Positions 37,890 to 46,666 of a stretch of DNA of 64,000 nt are shown here, piece by piece; position 1 is the first letter of the stretch, and every line of letters starts with the position of its first letter. The stretch is from positions 1 through 64,000 of IMG/VR virus record IMGVR_UViG_3300028833_000094. One strand, 5' to 3'. This stretch comes from a virus (taxonomy: Duplodnaviria > Caudoviricetes). Below the pieces are notes generated by a model. The model saw only the letters and a list, made by a program, of their open reading frames with translations, was not told the origin of the DNA and did no database searches. A program made the position numbers and the translations under genes.

Positions 37890-37890
37890 C

Positions 37891-38154
37891 TTAGTATTCT
37901 TTAATTATTGTTGTTTTACCTGTATCAAGAAGCTGCTGAATTCTGAGTGTAGACTCATCAGCACTGTCAGATAGACTATCAATAAGGTCAGCAACCTCAC
38001 CAATAGTAGCACAATCATTCCAATCAATCTCCATCGGAGGATTAGGTAACATACCTTCTTCAGTTGCAAGGTCTTCCTTGGTCTTACACCATGTGAATGC
38101 CAAGAAGCAAGTACTATTCTTCCTTACTTCCAATACTTCTCTAAAATCTGCCAT
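37891..38154 (-). CDS. Hypothetical acidic protein
   Basis: Early-region ORF, packed. Confidence 0.65.
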   Translation of the reverse strand: MADFREVLEVRKNSTCFLAFTWCKTKEDLATEEGMLPNPPMEIDWNDCATIGEVADLIDSLSDSADESTLRIQQLLDTGKTTIIKEY

Positions 38155-38165
38155 AATTTTACTTG

Positions 38166-38561
38166 TTATTTGAATAATCCTTTTACTATAATACCCTCTA
38201 TTTCTGCTTCTGCTTGGTCTAAATATTTGTAATACAGAGTCCTATCAGTTCTTCTGAGAGCTGCATGTTTTCTTCTCAATAATTCTCCCACAGTGTGGAA
38301 GCCATTATCTTCCTCCCATGCTACATAGTACACATTACCTATCATAGTAAGTTTAGAGCTCAGAAAGAACAATCCAGAACCTTCCTCAAGAGTGACAAAG
38401 AGTTTTATCCAACCAGGATGCCTATCTCCATAAGGAGCAATCCTAACACTCTCAACATTGTAATCTACAACCTTGTCACCAGGATATACCTTATGACCAT
38501 TACTTGCAAATGCATCAATAGCTGCATTCAAAATGTCAATTACTAATTCTTTCGTTTCCAT
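38166..38561 (-). CDS. Hypothetical protein
   Basis: Early-region ORF. Confidence 0.65.
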   Translation of the reverse strand: METKELVIDILNAAIDAFASNGHKVYPGDKVVDYNVESVRIAPYGDRHPGWIKLFVTLEEGSGLFFLSSKLTMIGNVYYVAWEEDNGFHTVGELLRRKHAALRRTDRTLYYKYLDQAEAEIEGIIVKGLFK

Positions 38562-38688
38562 AATATTCAATTGTTAAATGATTTGATTTTCCAATATTGA
38601 TTCCCATAAGCAAACCTGTAATTGTCTGCCTGCTTCCAAGAAGGAAAGCTACCTATGTAGCCCCCTTCAGAGTCATAGAGTCTATACA

Positions 38689-39039
38689 TTATAATTCCTC
38701 CTCAACCTGTTTCTTGATAAAGACAACCTTTGGAACTTCTATGCAGCTAGTCTTAATAAACCGTACTCTGCTAATATCAGAGGCAATAATGTCAATTGTG
38801 GAACTCTCATAATACCCAGCAGGAAATTTCTTATTACCTACTACTGGCTGGATAGTCAGCTTATAAGTGTCCTTACAATATGCTCCAAGAATAGAGCACA
38901 CCTGTTCTTCAGAAAGCCTTGTTTCAAGCAGAGTATCAATAGCTCTCTGCTGTTCATGAGTCATAGGATCCTCATAGGATACCTTAACGATGAAATACTT
39001 TCTTTCCAGTCTCTGTGAATTGAATCTTACTGTAATCAT
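38689..39039 (-). CDS. Hypothetical protein
   Basis: Preceded by AACCCTTTA motif. Confidence 0.7.
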   Translation of the reverse strand: MITVRFNSQRLERKYFIVKVSYEDPMTHEQQRAIDTLLETRLSEEQVCSILGAYCKDTYKLTIQPVVGNKKFPAGYYESSTIDIIASDISRVRFIKTSCIEVPKVVFIKKQVEEEL

Positions 39040-39065
39040 GATTTTATTATTTTAAAGGGTTAATA

Positions 39066-39224
39066 CTATTTATTCTTTAAAGGTTTGAACTCAGTGGTTT
39101 CCCACATTTTTCTTTTAAGCTCCCAGTAAGCTCTATAACCTTCTGAGAGTGTAGAAAACTGATGCCTAGTACTAGCTGACATCTTACCAGCTTTCCAATT
39201 CTCGATAAAATTCTTGATTTTCAT
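39066..39224 (-). CDS. Hypothetical small protein
   Basis: ATG at 39224 (MKIKNF) preceded by AACCCTTTA motif. Confidence 0.6.
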   Translation of the reverse strand: MKIKNFIENWKAGKMSASTRHQFSTLSEGYRAYWELKRKMWETTEFKPLKNK

Positions 39225-39455
39225 AATTCTGTTTTGTTTTAAAGGGTTATAGTGCAGCTCACTTTGTATAAGGTGGAGCTGCATGACCTTGATTAGTCTT
39301 CAGAATAATCTTCTTCCTTAATCATGTAAGCATGAGTATTCTTCCACTGTGTTTCAATGTAAGACTCAGCTTCTTCTCTAGTCTCAAAAGGCATGTGGTC
39401 CTCAAACCATTTTTCTGTACCTTTCAGTCTGCTGTAAACCTGAAATAGTATCATA

Positions 39456-39674
39456 TTACATTCTCATTATTTGAGTAATAGTGAAACTCGTATAGAGCTT
39501 CATCAATCTAACAAACTCTTCCTTAGCAGCCTGCCTATTAGGACAAGTAATCCTAATGTTTGCACTCTTACTGAAGAAGCACACTGAATATGTGCTCTTG
39601 TAATGATTCTCATCTTTACGGATGGTGATGGTAGCACTCTCGGTCTTTACCATCTTATAGCTTCTAATTTTCAT
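39456..39674 (-). CDS. Hypothetical protein
   Basis: Early-region ORF, packed. Confidence 0.6.
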   Translation of the reverse strand: MKIRSYKMVKTESATITIRKDENHYKSTYSVCFFSKSANIRITCPNRQAAKEEFVRLMKLYTSFTITQIMRM

Positions 39675-39675
39675 A

Positions 39676-39870
39676 TTATTTGTTATTTAAATTGTTAGTA
39701 ATAGTTTCATCAATGAGAGCAATCATTCCAGCTCCCAAGAACAGAGTAACAACAACACCATAGATGCTATTGGAGAACAGTGCAGTAATGATAGTAGCCA
39801 TACTGCCAGATACCAGAACAGCTCCCCTGAGGAGAGCTGCCTGTAATGATTTGCTTATAATTCTTTTCAT
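39676..39870 (-). CDS. Small membrane protein
   Basis: Two hydrophobic segments. Confidence 0.6.
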   Translation of the reverse strand: MKRIISKSLQAALLRGAVLVSGSMATIITALFSNSIYGVVVTLFLGAGMIALIDETITNNLNNK

Positions 39871-39880
39871 ATTATTAAGA

Positions 39881-40261
39881 TTATTCCCAACCCATCATTC
39901 TCGCATGATTGTACCAAGCAAGCTCTTGGGCCATCCATTCTCTGTACTCTTCCTCATATTCCAGGTCATTTATCATTTGCTGGTATGCTTCAGCAGAATA
40001 ATATTCTAACATAGTTTCCATATCAAAGATAGACATACCTACTTCATTACAGAAGTCTACAGCATCTACTCTTTCACAGAAGAGTATTACATCATCAACA
40101 TCCCAGTCAGTACTGTTGTCTTGATAGATAGAAAGAACTGGAATCAGATTATTGCCCTTGACAGCATACTGCACATTGGCAGTGCATTTGTAGGGATTAC
40201 CATTGACCTGCTTAATCAAATCCAGAATAAACTGGTCATCATAATTTGTTAAATTTACCAT
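39881..40261 (-). CDS. Acidic hypothetical protein
   Basis: 126 aa, D/E-rich. Confidence 0.7.
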   Translation of the reverse strand: MVNLTNYDDQFILDLIKQVNGNPYKCTANVQYAVKGNNLIPVLSIYQDNSTDWDVDDVILFCERVDAVDFCNEVGMSIFDMETMLEYYSAEAYQQMINDLEYEEEYREWMAQELAWYNHARMMGWE

Positions 40262-40278
40262 TTTCTTTATTATTTATA

Positions 40279-40545
40279 TTATAAGAATGCAGCAATCATT
40301 ATAGCCTGAATAGGTGTCCAAGCCATTAAGAATATACAAATATTAGTTACCCATTCCTTCTGATTATCAATGAAGGCAATAGGCAATAGCAGAGAGACAG
40401 CAACAATAGAGAGTATTACACTGGATACAATCTCCCTATTGTAAGGTCTTAACACACCAGCAGCAAATGCTGCAATACCCAACATTAGGGCTGTACCAAT
40501 TATGGCAAGCCCTAATACTTTCATGAATTCTTTCATTAGATACAA
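40279..40545 (-). CDS. Three-TM membrane protein
   Basis: Three hydrophobic segments. Confidence 0.65.
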   Translation of the reverse strand: MYLMKEFMKVLGLAIIGTALMLGIAAFAAGVLRPYNREIVSSVILSIVAVSLLLPIAFIDNQKEWVTNICIFLMAWTPIQAIMIAAFL

Positions 40546-40973
40546 TATTTGAGTGAATAGATAGTCTCATCATAGGCTTCCTGCATCTCAGCGAGGTAAT
40601 CCTGATAGTGTTCCCATTCCCACTCCTTAGAGGGAATATCCCATTCATTACAGGCCTCCTCAAAGGAATGCCCTAATCTCATCCAAGCCTCAATCTGAGG
40701 TCTGTAAGTGAGTGCCCAATGCTCCAGAGATTCATCATTCAGAGTCTGATAGTCAGAGACAAGCAGTCTCATCCAAATCTTATCAACATCCCAGAGTGAG
40801 ATAGAAAGAAGGGAATCTTCAGGGTCATCTACTATTCCACAGCAGTCAGCACCAACTGCTATATCATTGTTGATCATCTTCTGGATAGCTTCCAGAGCTA
40901 CTGTTGCTGGCATGTCATTCCAGCCAAGTTTCTTGACAATCAGCATAATTGCTGAGAACTCTTGTTTGTTCAT
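40536..40973 (-). CDS. Acidic hypothetical protein, first gene of the leftward block
   Basis: 145 aa, D/E- and W-rich. Confidence 0.7.
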   Translation of the reverse strand: MNKQEFSAIMLIVKKLGWNDMPATVALEAIQKMINNDIAVGADCCGIVDDPEDSLLSISLWDVDKIWMRLLVSDYQTLNDESLEHWALTYRPQIEAWMRLGHSFEEACNEWDIPSKEWEWEHYQDYLAEMQEAYDETIYSLKYCI

Positions 40974-41183
40974 TGCTGTTATTTATTAGGGTTGTGACAG
41001 TCTTTCCTGCCTCAGTAGTTGAGTTTGTAGCATTTGTAGCATTAGTGATGCTTCAGTCTCAGTTGCTGAGGATGAGTAATTCTTTGCTATATTATTACTG
41101 AGAATCAGTCAGTCTGCAAAGACCCAGGGGGGATGAACCCCAACTGTCAAAGACAGGGGGAGGTGTGATATGTTATGACACAT

Positions 41184-41308
41184 CTTTACACATATCTCAT
41201 ATTTTTATCTATTATCTCCCACCTTTACACATACTTTGCATTTTTCCCAAGTCCCCACGCCTTTACACATACCCAATATTTTTTGGAATATCTCCCCTTT
41301 TACACACA
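41184..41308 (+). repeat. Four direct repeats (C/T)TTTACACA(T/C)A with about 38-bp period at the strand switch
   Basis: Copies start at 41184, 41223, 41261, 41298. Confidence 0.75.
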
Positions 41309-41393
41309 TTCTTCATTCCACTTAGAGCAATTCTTAGCTATAGAACAGTCCAATCTTTTTATAATATTTTTGTGCATTATAAATAGTAGAAGT

Positions 41394-41786
41394 ATGGGAA
41401 ATATAAAGTTGCATAACATGGAAGTAATGGAGCAAGCTAAGTATAGGGCAAGACAAATGGATACTTGGCCTTCTCCATTAGAAGAAAGAATGAAAGAGTT
41501 CTTAGACAGGCACTATGTGGAATATGAGTCTCAAAAGATATTCTATATCTATGCTGATGATGGATGGATAATAAGGTATTATATAGCTGATTTCTATATA
41601 CCAGAGAAAGAGGTTATTATAGAGGTAGATGGTAAGTTCCATGATGAACACAAGCTACATGACAAGAACAGGACTAAGGATATTCAAGAACAGTATCCTT
41701 CTATAGAGGTATTAAGGTATAGGTGGAAAGATTTGTCTGATATGGATAAAATGGATGATCTATTGTGTAGGATAAACGCTATATAA
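41394..41786 (+). CDS. DUF559/Vsr-like endonuclease
   Basis: SPLEE, YIADFY, IEVDGKFH, EVLRY; ATG at 41394 is the likelier start. Confidence 0.85.
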   Translation: MGNIKLHNMEVMEQAKYRARQMDTWPSPLEERMKEFLDRHYVEYESQKIFYIYADDGWIIRYYIADFYIPEKEVIIEVDGKFHDEHKLHDKNRTKDIQEQYPSIEVLRYRWKDLSDMDKMDDLLCRINAI

Positions 41787-41838
41787 TTGATGTAAAGCAT
41801 TAAATCATAGGGATTTATACAGTTTTCTCGGCATTATT

Positions 41839-41869
41839 TTTGGTGAAATAACTTTATTTTGTACCTTTG
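41839..41869 (+). promoter_or_regulatory. Bacteroidota primary-sigma promoter
   Basis: TTTG(41839)-19 nt-TACCTTTG(41862). Confidence 0.7.
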
Positions 41870-41900
41870 CATCCAAGAAGTTTAACTAAAACTTGATACG

Positions 41901-42212
41901 ATGAAAGGGTTAAAGGAGTATCTTAGGAAACATGGTAGACACTTTACTGAGGAACTGGCTCATGCTGTCATGGGGAATACTTGGACCTATGATGAGATAG
42001 ATGCCATCATCCAGAAGAAGGTATACTATAATGTTTCTGGTTGTACTAAGGGGGATATAGTTTATTTCTGTAATGGAATGAATTTATATACCAAGCATGA
42101 TATTATAAAGAATGTGATTCCCATGCTTATGACAGTAGATGCCTATGAGGATATATTTACCTTATGGGCCAAAGTATATGGGGATTGCTTTGATTTTACC
42201 AAGTTTGTATAG
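41901..42212 (+). CDS. Hypothetical protein
   Basis: YLRKHGRHFTEELA; has its own promoter. Confidence 0.75.
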   Translation: MKGLKEYLRKHGRHFTEELAHAVMGNTWTYDEIDAIIQKKVYYNVSGCTKGDIVYFCNGMNLYTKHDIIKNVIPMLMTVDAYEDIFTLWAKVYGDCFDFTKFV

Positions 42213-42261
42213 AATAATTTTCTGTTTTATAATTATTTAAGAAATTTTGTTCAAGTAAAAT

Positions 42262-42292
42262 TTTGGTATTATATTATTAGTTTGTATCTTTG
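42262..42292 (+). promoter_or_regulatory. Bacteroidota primary-sigma promoter
   Basis: TTTG(42262)-19 nt-TATCTTTG(42285); no ORF follows. Confidence 0.7.
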
Positions 42293-42294
42293 CA

Positions 42295-42722
42295 GCGACC
42301 CTTGGAAGTAGTAGTTCCATGTTCAGGCTATTAAGGTCCAGTGGATATATAGAGCCTTAGAAGTCGGGTTGTAAGTGCTTATAGCACTGAGATATTCAGG
42401 ATACTCAAGCCCCGATAGGTCAAAAAATGCTTGGTTATAAGTCTGGTGTCCCGCCTAACTACTATGGGAAAGAGGCTGAGGGTAAAGTGGACATTAGGGA
42501 GTTCTAAAGCTTACGAGTTAAGTTTATACTGACCGCCCAGATGAAGTGCCAAGTTAATGAGGTTAGGAAAATCCTTTAGGGACTTCTTATACCTTTTTGA
42601 ATAGTAAAATATCTCAGGCTATGCAGCTGTTGTGAAACACCTGTGTACTTACAAATACTAGGATACAATTTAAAAAGTGTCTTCAAGATAAGAGAGGCCT
42701 AAGTGTAGGCTTCTCTTTCTTT
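42295..42722 (+). ncRNA. Candidate large structured ncRNA (about 420 nt)
   Basis: Promoter upstream, terminator hairpin at 42690-42722, no ORF of 60 aa or more in any frame, many complementary segments. Confidence 0.6.
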
Positions 42723-42726
42723 ATTT
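42690..42726 (+). terminator. Intrinsic terminator
   Basis: AAGAGAGGCCTA-AGTG-TAGGCTTCTCTT hairpin followed by T-rich tract. Confidence 0.75.
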
Positions 42727-42796
42727 CTTAGCATTATCCTAAGATTCATTGTACCTAAAAGATTGTTTCTTATTTTTGCAACAAAATAAGAAGAAT

Positions 42797-43405
42797 ATGA
42801 ATAAATATTTTATTGCAGCTATAGTGGTTCTCTTTGCTACCATAGGATTTATGTGGAAGCAAGTAAGGGATGCAAATGAGAAATGGAAGGTTTCTGAGGG
42901 TAATGTAAAGGCCTATGCATCCATGTTTGACAATAGCAAGAAACAGAATGCTGCTTTGCTATTGACTGTAGATCAGCTTGAATATTTCAAGGATTCTGTA
43001 CTTCAGGAGCTTGATGCTACCAGGAAGGAACTGAAGGTAAAGGATAAGGACTTAAAGGCTTTACAGCAGGTTAAGTCCAGTTTCTCCAGGACAGATACTA
43101 TTACAATAACCCAGGTGGATACTTTGTTTAAAGAACCCTCCTTGGCTATTGATACTGTATTGGGAGATGAATGGTATAAGCTTAATCTAGGACTTAAGTA
43201 TCCTTCTACGATTGCAGTAAAGCCATACTTTAAGAGTGAGAAACATATCGTAGTCTCCAGTAAGAAAGAGACTGTTAATCCTCCAAAGAAGTTCTTTCTT
43301 TTGAGATGGTTTCAGAAAAAGCATCGAGTTCTTCATATAGATGTTGTTGAGAAAAATCCTTATGTGAGTGATGAAACTAGTAGATACGTTGAGATTATCA
43401 GGTAA
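42797..43405 (+). CDS. Spanin (Rz)-like lysis protein, putative
   Basis: Single N-terminal TM, coiled coil, DTxT repeats, KKFFLLRWF...NPY C-terminus. Confidence 0.6.
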   Translation: MNKYFIAAIVVLFATIGFMWKQVRDANEKWKVSEGNVKAYASMFDNSKKQNAALLLTVDQLEYFKDSVLQELDATRKELKVKDKDLKALQQVKSSFSRTDTITITQVDTLFKEPSLAIDTVLGDEWYKLNLGLKYPSTIAVKPYFKSEKHIVVSSKKETVNPPKKFFLLRWFQKKHRVLHIDVVEKNPYVSDETSRYVEIIR

Positions 43406-43431
43406 CGGTTTGTTTGTTTTTTGTGAATAGA

Positions 43432-44616
43432 TTATCTATTTGAATTTTCTGTTTTTGTTTTTCCTCCTGCCTGTGAAGGTGGGAGGTTTTTAATGGCTTC
43501 CACTACTGTCTCATCCAATAGCTTGGCATATACCTGTTCTGTAATCCTGGTAGAGGAGTGACCACATATTCTGGATACTATCTGCATGGGTACCCCTTCA
43601 TTTAATAATAAGGTAGCTCCTGTATGTCTTGCCCAATGTGTACTCAGGGGTTTGTCTATTCCAGATGATTGTGCTACTACCTTCAGGTACTCATTGTACT
43701 TGACATTGGATATAATGGGTAGTCTGCCATTATATTTCATCAGGATATTCCAGGCAGGGGATAGGATAGGGATGGTAAAGGGTTTATCTGTCTTCAGCCT
43801 GTGTCCAGTATAGACCTTCATATCTTTAATCTCTTGTACAGATTTTATATTAAAGTATCTCAAATCCGAATAGCTTAGACAGGTATAGGTTTGGAAAATA
43901 AACACATCTCTGACTTTCTCCAGACTTTCAGTAGGCATCTTAGAGGTTTTTATCTTATGGAATTCTTCTGGAGTCAGGCATTTCTCAAGACTCTTTATGT
44001 CCCTGCCTTTATCTATACAGATATTCTTATAGGGATTCTTAGTCATGTGACCTTCATTAATAGCATCCAAGATGACAGAATTAAGATGCCTGTGGTAATT
44101 ATGCCATTTAGTATAGAGACACATTCCCTTACTTGCCAGGTAATTGTCAAAAGCTATAAGATTTAATTCATTTACATCCTTGAATCTCTTAATACCTCCC
44201 CATTCTTTAAAGACTTTCAGAAACAAGTTGTACCTGTCTATGCTTCTTGGAGCCTTACCATATTTCCTTATATCAAATCTCTGATGACAATAATCCAGGA
44301 AATTAATATTCTTTCTCTGAATCTTTAACCTGGCTGGTATGGAGAATATATCTATATTCCCCTCATTGGTCATATCAAGGAGTATCTGCCTTACATCAGT
44401 AAGCATCTTATCCAGAGTACTGCTAATCTGAAGGATATCAGGACAATTCAGGATCTTCCCTTTCTTCCACTGGTTTATATACAGCATGATACCAGTGGCA
44501 ATGTACTTTTGCTTATAGTTATAGGTAATTCTCATCTCTACTGCAGACTTTACAGTAAGGGATGCATTCTTTCTTCTGTTGAACACAAAAGTGATTTGAG
44601 GCTGTTTGTTAATCAT
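43432..44616 (-). CDS. int: Tyrosine integrase, Bacteroidota (IntDOT-like) type
   Basis: N-terminal arm-binding pattern (VEMRITY..KQKYIATGI...QW), TCLSYSD, RLKT, HWARH, GHSS, VYA. Confidence 0.92.
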   Translation of the reverse strand: MINKQPQITFVFNRRKNASLTVKSAVEMRITYNYKQKYIATGIMLYINQWKKGKILNCPDILQISSTLDKMLTDVRQILLDMTNEGNIDIFSIPARLKIQRKNINFLDYCHQRFDIRKYGKAPRSIDRYNLFLKVFKEWGGIKRFKDVNELNLIAFDNYLASKGMCLYTKWHNYHRHLNSVILDAINEGHMTKNPYKNICIDKGRDIKSLEKCLTPEEFHKIKTSKMPTESLEKVRDVFIFQTYTCLSYSDLRYFNIKSVQEIKDMKVYTGHRLKTDKPFTIPILSPAWNILMKYNGRLPIISNVKYNEYLKVVAQSSGIDKPLSTHWARHTGATLLLNEGVPMQIVSRICGHSSTRITEQVYAKLLDETVVEAIKNLPPSQAGGKTKTENSNR

Positions 44617-44664
44617 ATTTAAAAAGTAAAATAGGTAGTTAACTTCTCTTTTGAAGAAGCTTAG

Positions 44665-44894
44665 TGTAATAAATAAAAAAGTAGGGTGTAATAAATATGT
44701 AATAAATTAAGGGCTAAAAAATGGATGATAGGCCTGTATTTCCTACCATCCCTTGGGTTCTTAGTACACCCGCAGGGGTTCGAACCCTGGACACCCTGAT
44801 TAAGAGTCAGGTGCTCTACCAACTGAGCTACGGGTGCATGTTGAGGGGGTATGTAATGAATTTTAGGAAGAGCTGTCATAAATATGTAATGAAT
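44665..44894. mobile_element. attP-like site: tRNA-Lys core flanked by six arm-type repeats
   Basis: TGT(A/C)AT(A/G)AAT at 44665, 44687, 44698 and 44852, 44874, 44885. Confidence 0.7.
44765..44837 (-). tRNA. tRNA-Lys(CTT)
   Basis: GCACCCG/CGGGTGT acceptor, TAGCTCAGTTGGTAGAGC, CCTGA-CTCTTAA-TCAGG, GGTTCGAACCC. Confidence 0.96.
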
Positions 44895-44930
44895 TATATA
44901 AAATACGTGAAGATTGTAGGGGTTTGGTTG

Positions 44931-44938
44931 CAAAGATA
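44931..44938 (-). promoter_or_regulatory. -7 promoter element facing tRNA-Lys/int
   Basis: TATCTTTG on minus strand. Confidence 0.55.
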
Positions 44939-45036
44939 GTGAATAATCCTGAGATAGGAGAAGGATGGGAACCTTAAATAATTTTAAAATTAGGATAAAA
45001 TTACAAAGAAGATTAGGTTATTTAAAGAAGATTGTT

Positions 45037-45044
45037 TATCTTTG
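45037..45044 (+). promoter_or_regulatory. -7 promoter element for the packaging block
   Basis: TATCTTTG upstream of 45161. Confidence 0.55.
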
Positions 45045-45160
45045 TGGCGTATTTCATAACTTCATAAGTTATTGAGAAATAGGATAATAACGAAAAAGGT
45101 TAAACTATTACTTTAAGACAATTTTCATTATACTAATAATTAAATTAAAAGGATACAATC

Positions 45161-45376
45161 ATGGCAATATCAAAAAAACAGGAACAACAGTGGCAGGCTC
45201 AGGATGATGCCAGAGTCATGGCCCAGTATCAGGAGATTATCAATGACAAGGCAAGGATGGGCAGAGCCATCAAGGAAGCCAGTAAGCAAGCCTCAGACTT
45301 AAGTAAGAGGGCTAATGCAATGAAGAATGCCGCCAATGTGAAGGCAAATGGTGGCACTCTCAGGAGGAAGAAGTAA
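45161..45376 (+). CDS. Small basic helical protein
   Basis: WQAQDDARVM...; first gene of block. Confidence 0.7.
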   Translation: MAISKKQEQQWQAQDDARVMAQYQEIINDKARMGRAIKEASKQASDLSKRANAMKNAANVKANGGTLRRKK

Positions 45377-45408
45377 TCTGGTTATTAGACTTCCATATAT
45401 AATAAGGT

Positions 45409-45837
45409 ATGTCAGTAGAAGAGAAGAACCAGGAATATGATTCAGAGCCAGTGAAATACTGTGCCAGATGTTTCTCTTTGAAGATAAAGTATGAAGAGAG
45501 CATTGATGCTGAATGCTGCGGTGACTGTGGAAGTTCTGATATATTGGAATCCTCTATAGAAGAATGGGAGAAGAAGTATGAGAGGAAGTATGGGAAGAAG
45601 TTTGTCCAGAAGCAGGAAGATCCTCAGAAGAGCTTTATCTTCAAGATGTCTCTTGACAAACTAAAGCTCAAAGTCTACGAGAGCAGTAACTGGAGAGAGA
45701 TTATCAAGGCCATCTATCCCAAGTTTCCAGGAGGCTATGGAAAAGCAGACTCCATCATACTATTCTTTGATACACTCATCAAGCAGAATAAACTGAATGA
45801 GCTGAAATTATTTTTGTATAAGCATTTTAAATATTAG
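45409..45837 (+). CDS. Zn-ribbon protein
   Basis: YDSEPVKYCARCFSLKI...CGDCGS. Confidence 0.75.
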   Translation: MSVEEKNQEYDSEPVKYCARCFSLKIKYEESIDAECCGDCGSSDILESSIEEWEKKYERKYGKKFVQKQEDPQKSFIFKMSLDKLKLKVYESSNWREIIKAIYPKFPGGYGKADSIILFFDTLIKQNKLNELKLFLYKHFKY

Positions 45838-45863
45838 AATAATTAATAAAAATATTAGAAACT

Positions 45864-46223
45864 ATGGAAGAGCAGAAGTTAAAGAGCAAGGAAATTAAGA
45901 TGAATCCCAATGCAGAGGCAAAGCCTCAGCCTGCTGAGAATCAGAAACTCACTTATGAGCAGTTGAATCAGGCTTGTATGGAGCTGAGTCAGCAGAACCA
46001 GCAGATGCAGACCTATATCAAGAAACTCCATCAGCAGATGGGGCAGATGAATGCTCTCTTGGAGACAAGACGTATGGACTATCTCTTTAAGGTGATTGAG
46101 CTTCACACCAAGTATGAGAAATGGTTTGATTCTGATTTTGTCCTGAAGTGTGCTGAAGAGGTACAGGAATCCCTGACTATCCCTGAGGAAACAGAGCAGG
46201 AAGATAACAAAGAGCAAAACTGA
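45864..46223 (+). CDS. Coiled-coil protein
   Basis: KLTYEQLN...RMDYLFKVI. Confidence 0.75.
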   Translation: MEEQKLKSKEIKMNPNAEAKPQPAENQKLTYEQLNQACMELSQQNQQMQTYIKKLHQQMGQMNALLETRRMDYLFKVIELHTKYEKWFDSDFVLKCAEEVQESLTIPEETEQEDNKEQN

Positions 46224-46225
46224 TT

Positions 46226-46666
46226 ATGGAGAGTGAAGTTCAGACAAAGAAAGAAGGATGGAACTGGTCAAGGCATAAGCCCAATAATGTACTCAACATT
46301 GATGCCAGTTCCAGCATGGACTTCTTCAAATGGTGGTGTACCCTGATACACCCCTTTGTAGAACTGACCCCCAGGGAGATAGATGTCATAGCCTCCTTCC
46401 TCAAACAGAGGCTTGAACTTTCCCAGCAGGTTCCTCCCGAACTGGTGGACAGGCTTTTGATGAGCAATGAGACCAAGAGTAAGGTTATTGAAGACTGTCA
46501 TATTACACAGTCACACTTCTATGTGGTGATGAGTACCTTAAAGAAGAAGAAAGTAATCTCTGACAAAGGTATCAATCCCAGGCTGATTCCTAATGTAAGG
46601 AAGGATGACAACGGAGTATTCCAGTTACTGATTCTCATTAAGAATAACCAGAAGAATGACCTATGA
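46226..46666 (+). CDS. Winged-HTH DNA-binding protein, putative
   Basis: LTPREIDV...ITQSHFYVVMSTLKKKKVI. Confidence 0.65.
   Translation: MESEVQTKKEGWNWSRHKPNNVLNIDASSSMDFFKWWCTLIHPFVELTPREIDVIASFLKQRLELSQQVPPELVDRLLMSNETKSKVIEDCHITQSHFYVVMSTLKKKKVISDKGINPRLIPNVRKDDNGVFQLLILIKNNQKNDL

Noticed and set aside
41184-41308. Mini CRISPR array
   Set aside because: Repeats are 11 bp and degenerate, the intervening sequences resemble one another, and there are no cas genes.
41175-41393. 73-aa N-terminal extension of the DUF559 ORF
   Set aside because: It is a translation of the repeat tract; ATG at 41394 gives a normal-sized protein.
44661-44939. ORFs 44661..44933 (-) and 44721..44939 (+)
   Set aside because: They overlap tRNA-Lys and the att-like repeats; spurious translations.
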